Shown piece by piece: positions 1-13,829 of a stretch of DNA of 64,000 bases (its first letter is position 1; each line of letters opens with the position of its first letter). The notes under the pieces are model-generated. The model saw only the letters and a list, made by a program, of their open reading frames with translations, did not search any database and had not been told where the DNA came from. The DNA comes from Octopus vulgaris (lineage: Eukaryota). Location: positions 28,334,001-28,398,000 of the forward strand of contig OX597830.1 in assembly GCA_951406725.2 (NCBI GenBank). The letters run 5' to 3'. The translations under genes were made by a program, and so were the position numbers.

Positions 1-234
1 TTGAGGGAAAATGAATATGATTCCGTTAACTTCAAGACCTATAGCCAATTTTCTTATTCTTTTTTTCCACAAAGAAAGGGTTCATTTTCTCATATGTCTT
101 AAAGCATTGGACTATAAGGACTAAAACTCACTTGATCATAAGTTTACTTGAACAAGTTTCAAGCTTCCTCACAAAAATATACATTGTTTGACGTTTGAAG
201 TTTAATTATGAAGTAGCTCTTGCAAATACCAATA

Positions 235-586
235 TTCTTTTCTACTCTAGGGGGCAGGGGCAGTCGATTAGACAGACCCCAGTATCCAACTGGTACTTAA
301 TTTATCGACTCCGAAATGATGAAAGGCAAAGTCGACCTCTGCGGAATTTGAACTCAGAACGTAAAGACAGACGAAATACCTGTTTCTTTAGAGGGACAAA
401 CAAGGACAGAGAGAGGGATTAAATCGATTACTTTGACCCCAGTGCGTAACTGGTACTTAATTTATCGACCCCGAAAGAATGAAAGGCAAAGTCGACCTCG
501 GCGGAATTTGAACTCAGAACGTAACGGCAGACGAAATACGGCTACGCATTTCGTCCAGCGTGCTAACGCTTCTGCTAGCTCGCCGC
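235..586 (-). mobile_element. tRNA-derived SINE family A (duplicated central domain)
   Basis: Head ggcggcgagctagcaga..gagttcaaattcc (A/B boxes) and central gccgaggtcgactttgcctttcat domain (Meta-domain-like, inferred). Confidence 0.9.
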
Positions 587-2027
587 CTTTGCAAATACCA
601 ATATTATAGCAAAACCTGATGCATGTGTAAATTGTTTCTTTGTCACCTTATTAAAAAAGTATATATTCATAGGTTGATACATATATGAATGCATATATAT
701 AGGTTCACAAACGTATAAATGCACACAAACATATATGTAAGTCCACTTTACATAGATTAATATATGCATTCATACGTGCATAAAAGCATATTGCATACAG
801 ATGGGTACTTAAGAGTGTGATTAAGAAAACCGATTCCTGAACATGTTGCTCCCATTCACAGCATAATATGCTAGTGCAACGAATACGTTGTGGGTACAAT
901 TTGTGACTCAGGAACTAAGTGAAGGTATGAATGCGTGAATGAGAGAGTGAGCGGTGAGATAGTGTATGTTTGTGTATCAGAGAAAGATTGTGTGCGTGAG
1001 AGAAATAGACAAATAGAGTATAAGAATCTATGAGATAAAGTGTGTGAGTGTGTGTGAGTGTTTGTGAGTGTGTGTGAGAGAGAAAGAGAGAGAAAGATAG
1101 AGAGAGAAGGAGTGAGTGTGTGTATGTATTTGCATGAGTTTATACACTACGTAATATATACAAATGTGTTACTTAAGTTTCATGGTACAGCAGCGATTCC
1201 CGTTATATTATTCACTCACACATATAGGCATGCACGCACTCACAAACACACACACACTGTATCTTACATATGCAAACACCTAATATGTATTTACCTGTTT
1301 GTATTTATGTTTACCTGTGTGAACTGGTGAGTCCAGTCGTGACATTTTATCAACCGTAAATTAGCAATTTAATAAAGAGAGATCGATAAAATAAGTATCA
1401 GATAGAAATCAGTTCTGGGTCCAACGTCGAATTACTAAATCCAGGAACAGAATGAAATAGTGAAAAAAACAAACAAAAAAAAAATAATATATACACGCGC
1501 ACATCCATATATACAAAAACATGTACATACACAAAAACGTACATACATAACCACGTACATAAGTTCGTACCTACCTACATATATACATTAAAGCAATGTG
1601 TACATATAGAGACGCAGCAATCTGGTTAGATGATTTGCAACTATTTGTGAAGGAGCGTGGAAATATATGAAAATTAAATATGAATTTTTCTTTGTTACGA
1701 CACGTTTTTTATTATTTTTTTTTTTGCCTTCACTATGGCAGATTCCAGGGGGACAAGTAAATTTATTGATTATGTATTGAAGAACATAAAAATTCTAGAT
1801 TCAACACGGAGTAAAAAAAAAAAACGATATATTAATGATGAAAAAAAACAAGAAAAGCTAATGTATATGTATATAGTCGTTTGGGCATATATGTAAAAGT
1901 TACGAAGTTGTTTATTCGTAGAGTATATATTTATGTATGTCCACGTGTGTTTCTTCATGTGTGTTTATGGCATATTTCTGAAAGCTAAAGTTGTCAATTC
2001 CATGTATCACTAGCACCATACACTCAC

Positions 2028-2107
<80 letters not shown>

Positions 2108-2124
2108 CTATATGGGTATATATG

Positions 2125-2160
<36 letters not shown>

Positions 2161-2316
2161 TGTTGATAGATATGTATTTAGACACATAAACACTCACACA
2201 CACATAAAAACATGTATTTATAAACCTGATGATTGTTTTTTTCAATATGCTTATGCAAGTACATTAATACATACATAAACATATACATGCATACCCACAC
2301 ACACACACACACACAA

Positions 2317-2356
<40 letters not shown>

Positions 2357-2587
2357 CGCACACACATATATGCAGTTGCTGATGTACATACATAATAACA
2401 CTAATATACATTCTAAAACACTCACACGGGAATACATAACACGAACATAGATTACAGAAAAAAACCCAGAAAAATATAAAACAAAGTAAAACACATGCAT
2501 ATAAATTTTCATACGTATACAAATGCATTACATATACAATATACATACATAGATACATATACGTATGTGTGTATCTACAGTCATATA

Positions 2588-2701
<114 letters not shown>

Positions 2702-3148
2702 GTGATGTATTATCCCGTATTTACAGATTACCATGTTGGCGTATCAGGTATTTGTTACTCCATTCTTTTAGAATTATAACGCGTAAATTGTCAGATTTCC
2801 TTTTTTACATTCACAATATATTTATTTATAGAGTTTACATTCAGGGGAGATATTCTCTTAAATATTTATATGTATCACCATACATTCATCCGTGTATACA
2901 TACGTACGTACGTACCTACCAACCTATCTACCTACCTACCTACCTACATAGATGCATACATACGTATATACATATACATATATATATACGCATATATATG
3001 TATATATATATATATACACACATACACACCTATGTTTGTATATATATATATGGCTATATACATATATATATATACATATATATGTATATATGTATATATA
3101 CATATATATATATATGTAGATATATATATATACATATATGTATATGTG

Positions 3149-3195
<47 letters not shown>

Positions 3196-3602
3196 TAGCA
3201 CGCACTCAGGCAACCACACCTATACACACACATACACAAGCATGTATGTATATAATCATTTTCCTTTTCTCGAATGCATTGTTAGATATACTTTCACATA
3301 TAAATTATCGAGATGAGTCTTTACATACATTTATATATATATATATATACATATACATGTTTGTGTATGTATACATACACACACACACACACACATATAT
3401 ATATACCTATATCAGCATACAAATGTATATACACACACCATGTATAGGTACACATATATTTAGACTCGTATACAAGCATATACAATATAATACAGAAACG
3501 TGTGCACACATTCTGTTGCACAAATCTGCATTGTATATACAAAGATCTATATTGACTATAACAGGCTCAAAAACATACATGCACATATATGTTTGTGTAT
3601 TT

Positions 3603-3639
<37 letters not shown>

Positions 3640-4260
3640 TTTATATAAATGTTTGTACATATATACACACGCACACGCGTACACACACGCACACACACGC
3701 ACATGTATATGTGTGCAGATGAAGCCTATAGCGGTCTCTATATACCATTATGTGCAAAACAAACGCATACTAAAACAGAAGTGTTTTACATCATAGAAGA
3801 CACTCTTCTTAGAAATACACATATACACGCATATAGTAGGGCATGCTTAAATATACATGAATACACGTGTGAGTGTGTGCCTGCGTGAGTTCGTGTGTAT
3901 ACTTGCACCTGTACATAAAGGTCCGTGGCAATGTATCTAGAGTACTCAACACTCAATCATATGGTGTTGATTTCAGTTTTAGAATCGAGCTCTCTGTTGC
4001 TACATTCAGAATGCGTATTAATTCATTGTGGTCTAGTCGATGTGGTATTGCCATCGGCCTCTACACCTGTAACATGCTCCCTCTTCTCCTGCACGGAGAA
4101 TGAGAGATTCAAAAAGCGTTATTCTGTCAGTAACTACATATATATACTGGAGCCAATTTGCGAAAAGGGCAAGAATCTATCAGGCAAAGTCCTTGTATAA
4201 ATGTCAGGGTCATATATATATATACATACACACACGTACACACACACACATATATATCTA

Positions 4261-4316
<56 letters not shown>

Positions 4317-4335
4317 TGTACATATATATATATAC

Positions 4336-4366
<31 letters not shown>

Positions 4367-4368
4367 CA

Positions 4369-4448
<80 letters not shown>

Positions 4449-4484
4449 GAAGGTTGAAAAGGAACACACGAGTTGATATATATA

Positions 4485-4517
<33 letters not shown>

Positions 4518-5740
4518 GTGTGTGTGTGTGCATGTATGTGTGTGTGTGTGTATGTATCTGTGTGTGTAGAAGCTTGAAAAGGAACACACGAGTTTATATA
4601 TATGGAAAAAATTCAAGATAGAAAATGCTAAAATAATTTTATAAAAAACATTTTTGTACCAGTTTCATTCATTGAGACTTTTTCTACTGTAAGTATGGAA
4701 GACAAATTTTGGAAAAATTAAAAGAAAAGATTTTTTAAATGAATATTTGCATAGTGTTCAAATTCAAGTGGCATTTTCCTTGTTTCTGCCTGTCTCTGTC
4801 TCATGTTTACTCTTGTAAGTGTTTTTTATAAAATTATTTTATCATTTTCTATCTTGAAAACACATACCTCCCAACCCATCACAACCATACACTCCACAGC
4901 CACAAGCCCCCACTCATAGGTAAACTCACAGAGAAAAATGCAGTCGAATATTTTAAATCTGTTAAGTAATAGGCATGAAACGTTTGACACTTGAGTCACC
5001 TTACAAAGTTTTCTTTCGATTTAGAAATATGTCACACATGTATATACATGTATATATGCATATATGCAAATGTATATGAAAGCACAAACACACACTCACA
5101 ATTACACATACACTCACTACACACCATAAAAACAAAAAAAAATAATGACACTTTTTACATTAATATCTATTCACACGAGGCGAACCCGTTTCATCAAATT
5201 ATATTTTCATAGGTGTACTAAAAGACAGAGCAACAGAATAAAATGGTGGAATAAGAAATATAAAGATAGTACTATCAAATCGCTTTAACAAGTACTAAGC
5301 ATTAATAAACAAATGCACATGAAAGCATATAATATAGAACGAAACAATGAAGCTCGTATATGTTCTTACAGAAAGCTGACGTTGATAGAGTTTGGCTGAT
5401 CTATAATGAATTTAAGCGTCAAAACGAACTGTCAGTTAAATTTAGTTTGCCTGTGATTATTATTATTATTATTATTATTATTGTTGTTTTTGTTGTTGTT
5501 GTTGTTGTTGATGATGATGTCGTTGTTGTTGTTGTTATTGTGTTGTAATGTTGTTAATGTGATTCTTGTCATTGGAGGCTTGGGATTGTTTAGTAACTTT
5601 ACTCAGCAACACTTGTTTTGGTGACGTTAATATTATCAATGCATATGTCTTTGTGTTTGCACGCGTCTATGTGTGTCAGTAAGTATATATATATACATAT
5701 ATATATAAATATATATCAATATATATCAATATCAATATCA

Positions 5741-5771
<31 letters not shown>

Positions 5772-5966
5772 AAGAGGCTTCCAAATAGGAAAGCGTTGTG
5801 CTAGAAAGAGCAGTAGAAATCTCAAAAACCACAAAAAAGGATATCTTTCTTTGTTCGGTTCTTATTGTATTTCTATATGAATAATATATAGTCTAATGAC
5901 TAATTCGTTTTTTGTGCTAGGCCACTGGTAATAATAAATTTATTATTACCCTATTTATTATGGTTA

Positions 5967-6027
<61 letters not shown>

Positions 6028-6124
6028 TATGTGTATTTTCGACATTCTGTAAGCATACTCCCACATATACGCTATCACAATCATATATAGCTATACGCGC
6101 ACAAATATATATTCGTGTTATATA

Positions 6125-6221
6125 TTCACTATTGTTATTATTATTACTATTCTTCTTCTTCATCTTCTTCTTCTTCTTTCTTCTTCTTCTTCTTCTTCTT
6201 CTTCTTTTTCTTCTTCTTCTT

Positions 6222-6252
<31 letters not shown>

Positions 6253-6262
6253 TTATTCTTAC

Positions 6263-6332
<70 letters not shown>

Positions 6333-6352
6333 TTGTTGTTGTTGTTGTTATC
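6125..6352. repeat. Compound (TTC)n(TTA)n(TTG)n microsatellite
   Basis: Direct observation. Confidence 0.97.
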
Positions 6353-7227
6353 GGTTCCGAATAACTTAAAATAATCGTCATGTTGCAACTGGGGCCAACA
6401 CCAAAATGAGACACACTGGTAATTACAAGAACCAAGATAACTCCACAATGAAAATTACTATTAAGAAAGATTGTGAAACGTGATGGCAGCTGTGGTCAAG
6501 TTTTTTTTTTCTTCCCCTCAGCATACGTCGCCAGGACTGTAGTCTACAACAAATTGGCTTTTTAGATATAAACAAAGTAGAAAATTCTATTACTTAGAAT
6601 ATATCCATATTAAAAATGAAAATTTGCTAAGAGCGACTACTCTGAAAATTTTGTGGCATGCTTTTGGACAACGAAAGTAACGAAATTTACATTAAATTCC
6701 ATAGAATTTTCTTCAGTAGCATGTCAGTTTTGGAATATTATTGATTTTTGAGATTATTTTCCCTTCTAATTTGGATTCAGTTCCAATATTCACTAGACGA
6801 TTGTTTTACTTTCTCTGGAATCTTAAGTAATTTCGATAAATCACGAATTTATATCGAATGGAATTTCATATGCCTTACTCACTAGTGTTATTTTAATACG
6901 TCACTGGCCACTCTTCTTAGATCATTTTCCTGGATACATAATTCCACAAACAAGTAACTCATTCCAGTAACTTCAAGAATCGTCTACGAGCATGGAACTA
7001 TTAACTACAAGCCCACATGGTTTTATTCAATCCACTCTATAATACCTGATATTATGCACCTTTTAAAAATATAAAGTTTGGCACCAAATCTTTGGTGAAT
7101 TGACGAAACGATAAAGGTGTTTTTAACTTACACTTATAGTTATTTCAGTGATGAATTCAAATCTTCTCTGGATTGAATTCGTATTTCATATACTCGAATT
7201 CATTATATTATTTACAAGTTATAATTT

Positions 7228-7276
<49 letters not shown>

Positions 7277-7976
7277 GCTGGTGACGCTACATTAAGAATT
7301 TATTATTGACGTAATGAAAACTATTCAAAATCTTTCACCAAATATGCTTGTACAGGTGTTAATGCAAAAGTTGCATATGTAAACTATGTCTGCTTCGTAG
7401 AAGATAATGCAGAGAATTTTCAAAAATCCCATTACATTCAAATTTGAGATCACCTGGAGATTGATATCGCTTTTCAAATCCTTGTAAGTTTGTCTACGTC
7501 TTTCATATTTCCTCCTTAAATAAGTAGCAGTAGCATATAAGAGTGGCGTCAGTCAACTATAGTATTTTTTCCTCAAAAATCAATATCCAGACAGCAAGGC
7601 TCTGAAATAGACGGAAACAGAAGAATATCGCATTTAGAAAATTCGTCTGAATCTCTTTCGTATCTAAAGTTGCTGAAATGAAATCCACTCACCGAGCACT
7701 TCTTTCTTTCTTGGTGGGACATCATTTTAAAGATTGAAGAAGTATTAAGTAGATAACAAGTTTTATTTCTTTTTTTCTGTAAACACAGATATAAATTAAT
7801 TCTAGAAAATATCTTGGATTCGCTCATTAACAATTTTGATGTTTTGATTGAAATTAAAATATAATTTACACACATCTCATTAATTTTTTACAATCCGCGG
7901 TCATTTCTTGAAGGGTATAAAGGGGTAGTCAAACGAAGGACTACGCGTGCATTTAAAGTCTATAGTTTCAGATATA

Positions 7977-8192
7977 TAGGCGGCTAACAGAGATGTTAGC
8001 ACGCCGGGCGAAATGCTTAGCAGTATTTCGTCTGTCTTTACGTTCTGGTTTCAAATTCCGCCGAGGTTAACTTTGCCTTTAATCCTTTTGGGGTCACCAG
8101 TTACGCACTGGGGTCGATCTAATCGACTTAACTCTTTTGTCTGTCCTTGTTTGTCCCGTCTATGTTAAGTCCTTGTGGGCAATAAAGAAATA
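7977..8192 (+). mobile_element. SINE family A
   Basis: Homologous to 235-586 and 37403-37800. Confidence 0.88.
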
Positions 8193-8251
8193 CGATATAT
8201 TACTACGGCTAGCTAACAGTTTTTCTCTTTACATATATCTACTTTATTCAA

Positions 8252-8555
8252 TGGCGAAGGAGCGTGGCTTAGTGGTTAGAGGTTATTCGGCTCACGTCGT
8301 AAGGTTGTGAGTTCAATTCCCTGCAATGCGTTGTGTCCTTGCAGGTTGCTCCAGTTCATTCAGCTGGTAAAAATAAATAGCACCTTTATTGCAAATATCA
8401 CACTCTGTGTCACGCTGAATCTCCCTGAGAACCAGGTTAAGGGTACACGTGTCTGAGGAAGGTCAACTACATGCACGTTGATTTCACGAGCAGGCTGTTC
8501 CGTTAATCGGATCAACTGGATACATTGTTGTCGTAACCGATACAGAATGCCAGTT
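8252..8555 (+). mobile_element. tRNA-derived SINE family D
   Basis: gtggcttagtggttag..gagttcaattccc..ttgtgtccttg. 3' cacgagcaggctgttccgtt. Confidence 0.82.
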
Positions 8556-9455
8556 ATATACTTTATTCAGTGTGTTCTTTTTGTTTCAAGATTGTAATGT
8601 GTAATACGTTCAGAATTAGTTGCTGTTTCTTCTAGTGTATCTAGTGACAACGTAGACGCTGTCTTCTTGAGACACATTCTAGCGGTGGAAAAATTGAATT
8701 TGGGTAACTTCTGGGTTGCTCATTTCAAGACTATTACCATCTACCTGCATACTCTGAAAATTCAGAAAAATTGTAAAACATGCGTATAATAAGGGATGAC
8801 CACTAAGTGGACATCCAATATGCTACAAGAAGATCATCTACGATCTAACTACAAAGAAAAGAATGTTCTCTAGAGAAATTCAGCAAACACCAGAACAAAA
8901 GCGGGTAAGACACGAAAATATGCAAAATATACAATCAATCGCAGACCGGTCTCGCCATTAGCGATATTTACTTACGCAATTCACGTCCGAGGAACTCTTC
9001 AGCAATATCTTTCCAATTCAATATAATTTATAGAACTATACACGAGTTGTCCTCATAAAATTAGATGTGTGTATAGTTCTACTGTTTATATTGGGGTTAT
9101 TTTCAAATGTCTAAGTTCTGACGCGCTAAATCCCGGAAACTGTTCCGCAGTAGATAATCGAGACCGGTCTGCGATTGGTTCTGTATTTTGTATGTTTTCG
9201 TGTCTTACCCGCTTTCGTTTTGGTCATCCCTTATTATACGCATGTATTACAATTTTTCTGAATTTTCAGATTTTTCTATATGCTAGGCTACTGATTTTAA
9301 ATTGATATTAATTAAATATTCAAATTATCACCCTCATTATTTAAATTTTGAATAATTATGTTCTCTAAACGGCAACATTAACTGCAGTAAATTATCTACT
9401 GCGGAACTCCTAATATTGAACTCTAGTATATCCCTCAATTTAAAAATCTCACATC

Positions 9456-9503
9456 GTCTCTGATGAAGGGATATCCCTAATATCCCAGGAACTGCAGTAA
9501 GAC
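9456..9503 (+). ncRNA. Minimal type-I hammerhead ribozyme motif
   Basis: GTCT-CTGATGA-a-GGGATAT(cccta)ATATCCC-a-GGAA-CTGCAG-TA-AGAC. Stem I 4 bp, stem II 7 bp, palindromic stem III ACTGCAGT. GAAA is changed to GGAA. Confidence 0.8.
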
Positions 9504-9708
9504 TAACCTTCTCTTCGTAAATGTCCCGAAAATTCCACACAGCCTTGGCTGTGTTGTCTCATTTTATTTAACACACACACACATACACACCCGTATATAT
9601 ATACAGTAATAATAACAATAATTCTTGGATGGAATCTATCAACATTTAATACATCGCGTTTAAACACAAGCCCACAAACAGATAAATATATATATGTATA
9701 TATACATA

Positions 9709-9822
<114 letters not shown>

Positions 9823-10319
9823 TCATCAACTCCACACAAACCATGTATGTGTGGGAATGTGGTACCGTCCCTCACCCACGTATTGACTTCCTAAGATTTC
9901 CCTTTGCATTGTACCCGCATTCAAATCTGTCGTACTTTTAAGGATCTCAGCTTTTGTTAAAAAATTTCTACGTTATTTCAAATAATTTTCCATTGGCTGT
10001 TCTCCATTCTTTGCAATGGAAAGAATCCTTGCCAGAAACTTGTTTTCATTCTAAATATTTACAAAAACCATGTATTTCTCTTTTCGTATCTATTTTTTAA
10101 AAATATTATAATTTAATTTCAGCATTTATTTCCTCAATATCTAGAGAAATTTACTTCGAAATTTCCCTCCTCATCGGTTCAAACTGTTCAAGAGAATTAA
10201 TTGCATTATATAAAAGTTGATAAGAGTAGACATAAGCAGAAAAGAAAAACTATTTCAAAATTATTACCCCTTCCTATATATATATATACACAAACACACA
10301 TGTGTGAGCACGTGGATAG

Positions 10320-10362
<43 letters not shown>

Positions 10363-11489
10363 ACATATCGACACATACATGCCACTTTTTGAAAATATTT
10401 TAAAGTATACAAATACACATATATATGTATATATATATATATATATATATAAATGCATATGTACATATAAATATATGTATGTATATTCCATTTTTTGAAG
10501 ATGTTTGTTAAAGTAGACGAAAATGGATAAAAAATATTTGGAAGATTTTCTAAAAGCAGATAAGAGTGCATAAAAGATTAATACTTTTTTTATTCGTAGA
10601 TGCAAAAAAAAAAAAAAATGTATGTTCAATGTAAAAAGCATTTGAAAAATATTTGAGAAATATTTGTAACGATTGGTACATTTCACAGTTCATTTCAAAT
10701 CAGATAAAAAGTTAGATTTACCAAGAGATTTCACAGAGTGATTCTGAAGCAGTACCATATAGATTTTCACTTGTAAGATTTCCATTTCATGATAAACTTT
10801 CCTTTAGTCTATATACTGTTGTGTGAAATACACGAGATTTATACTCCAACTGTATTTGTAGATGAGATTCGTGGCTCATCTACATGCAATTTAGTCTGTA
10901 ATTCTTGTGGCTAACTTCTTGAAACGACCACCGGCATCTATATATGACGAATTTCAGTTCATTTCATTGTCATTTTGGCTAGATGTATTTACGTAACATA
11001 CCCTTTTTGCTTTACAGTTTTCCTTATTACATGCAAAAGAGAAGAGCCTTGCTGGAAAGTTTTGTTTTGTCTTTTCGTTCTTTGTAAAATAACAAAAATA
11101 TATCTTTCCCAATTTAATTGAGAAATATATCTTTCTTAATTTAATTTCTCTATTTATTTGATTCATCTGCGTGTTTGCAGATATCTGAGAGTATTTCCTC
11201 ACTGGAGGCTGTAACTGATTTCGGCGCAAAACGAATAAGTTGCGGGGTAGATTTCAATACGTTACGTTGGTGGTTTCTATTATGGTGGCGCGTGCTGAAG
11301 AAGCTAAGGCGATCTATTTGCCAGTGCAGAAACTGGTCCACATGAGTCCAAATACTTAAAGGTAAGATTTCATTAGCCTGATTTGCTTTCGTTTTATGTC
11401 TTCAGTGAATTTTTGGCGATTTAAGTAATAGTTTTGACTGTTATTTCCAGCATGTAGACATACGTAGTATATCCTTTGATATATATATA

Positions 11490-12753
11490 TTGGGTCATGC
11501 CATAAATAATCTGGTTGTTTCAATTCCATGAACTAAATGTAAGAGGGGGCTGGATAAACTCCTGCATCAACTTGCTATTGAAGCAGTTAATAATTTTACC
11601 TTGTACTTATTCTTAGTCCAAGTTTTGAAGAGAGCAGTTTGATTTTAAAACTTATTTTTCAAACCTATAACGGAAGAGACAAAGGAGCATATTCGGCATA
11701 TTTTGCTTTATGAGTTCAATAAAGGCAACAAGGCAACAGAATGTGCGAGGAATATTGATGCATTATATGGGGATAAGACGATAAATGTAAGCAAGTGTCA
11801 GCTGTGGTTACAGAAATTCCGAGCCGGAAACTAGAGAGACGAGCCTCGTAAGATCTATGGAGCCTGACTACGACATCCTGAAAAACCTGGTGGAAAAAAA
11901 TCCCATCGTAACTGTTGAGGAACTTGCAGAGAAGCTTGGAGTTGGTCATTTAACCATTTATCGACATCTGTGTATCACCGGAGAAGCCATCAAATTGGGT
12001 ATGTGGGTTCCTCACAAATTTTCCGACTCTAATCTCGAGCAGAGAATGAATGTGTTCTCCTTGCTGTCACGTCTCACGAATGAACAATTTTAGTACCGAA
12101 TAGTGACTGGTGACGAGAAATAGATTCTCTGAAAAATGTCAAGTACCGAAGAGAGTCGGTAGGAATAGATGACAGATCGGTACCCCAGGCTAAAGAAGGC
12201 CTTCACTCATGTAAGTTGTTGTGATCTGTTTGGTGGGATGTGAAAGGTTGAGTCCACTTTCAACTTTTAAAGCGAAACAAAACAATAACAAATGAGACCT
12301 ACTGCGAGCAGCTGGAGTCGCTTAAGTTAGCGGTAGAAGAAAACGACATCTTTGGTTTCAAGACGAAAGGTGTTGTTCCATCAGGATAATGTTCAGCCAA
12401 ATACAAAGAGAATGACATTACAAAGGCACGAGAAGTTTGAATGGGAAAGGTTGTCCCATCCGGCATATTCGCCGGACATTGCGTCATCTGGTTATTATAT
12501 ATTCCGCAGTCTTCCGAATCATTTGGATGGGGAAAAAATATGCATTCTGTAAACGAGGTTAGTACTAAAGGAGAATTTTTCATCAGAGGCAAGTGACTTT
12601 TCGAAGAGAGGTCTTGCAGGTCTACCAGATAGATGGAAGAGCATTGCAGAAAATGAAGGAGGGTATATTTTAGAATGAAAAAGTATTTTGTTCATCTTAA
12701 TTTTGAAAACTAAGCGAAGTATAAAAAACCGCACTATTTATATGATGTACCAG
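11490..12753 (+). mobile_element. Near full-length mariner transposon with decayed transposase
   Basis: About 30-bp imperfect TIRs (ttgggtcatgccataaataat / actatttatatgatgtaccag) flanked by TA. Motifs WVPH, IVTGDEK, FHQDN and HPAYSPDIA, with many stops and frameshifts. Confidence 0.93.
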
Positions 12754-12775
12754 TATACATACATACATACATACA

Positions 12776-12809
<34 letters not shown>

Positions 12810-13371
12810 CATACACACACACATATATATATATATGTATATATCAACACATATATACAATATTCATATATATATGTATATCTATGTGCGTGTATTTGTG
12901 TGTGTATGCATATGTATATACATATTGTGTGTATATATATATATTACATGAAATAAATAAAAATTTGATTAAACCTTATTCTTTAATATTTCGCATATTT
13001 TGATAAGAGTCGTGCACTAAATATATATCTAGCTTCTATTTAGTGACTGTGTCTATTAGACAAGGCGATATGAGGATTTATACTGAGAATTAAAAGTACA
13101 TGCATATGTATATACATATATTTATTTGACATAGCAAAATGCCATGCGTCCATTTTATTCTATGAATACGTAAAGGCTTCCTTTTTAAATGAAAGTATAC
13201 GCACATTCCTTACTTCTTTGTATAGAACAGCTAGATGTGGTAGACGCGTAAGCCAGATTGCTGGAGAGTAGAGTGATAAAAAATAATAACCTCAAGGAGA
13301 AAAGCTATTGATTATAATAATAATTAAACTAATTTTTCTTTGTGTGTGTATGCGCGTGTGCACGTGTACGT

Positions 13372-13408
<37 letters not shown>

Positions 13409-13829
13409 GTAGAAATATGTTATAAATAGAAAATAGAAAATACACGTGAAAATGTAAGGGTAAAATATGAAAAATCAACGAAAATGCACATTGCAAATAA
13501 AAAAAGGCTATTTATGATAGTTAACGACAAATGTATACATTTAGATTGACTGAGGTAGTAATACGAGTCATAAAAGTCATTATTATGAGATGATTATAAG
13601 ATGATAATAAAGAGAGAGAACAAAACGGACCATGATTACGTAAAGCTATTCATCGTTTGAAAAACACCGGCTAATATACGGTGTCAGGTCTAATAGTTCC
13701 TGCGAAAAAAAATTATTTGTAAGGGAGGTAAGTAGTTCTGGATTTAGGGATGTGAATGGTGTAGGAAGTGTATAAGGGTTAGTGGTTTCAATTGAAGTGT
13801 TAGTGGTATTCTGTATTGAGTTGTGTGTT

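Noticed and set aside
12575-12590. CTGATGA on the minus strand within the mariner
   Set aside because: Lies in transposase coding sequence with no hammerhead stems.
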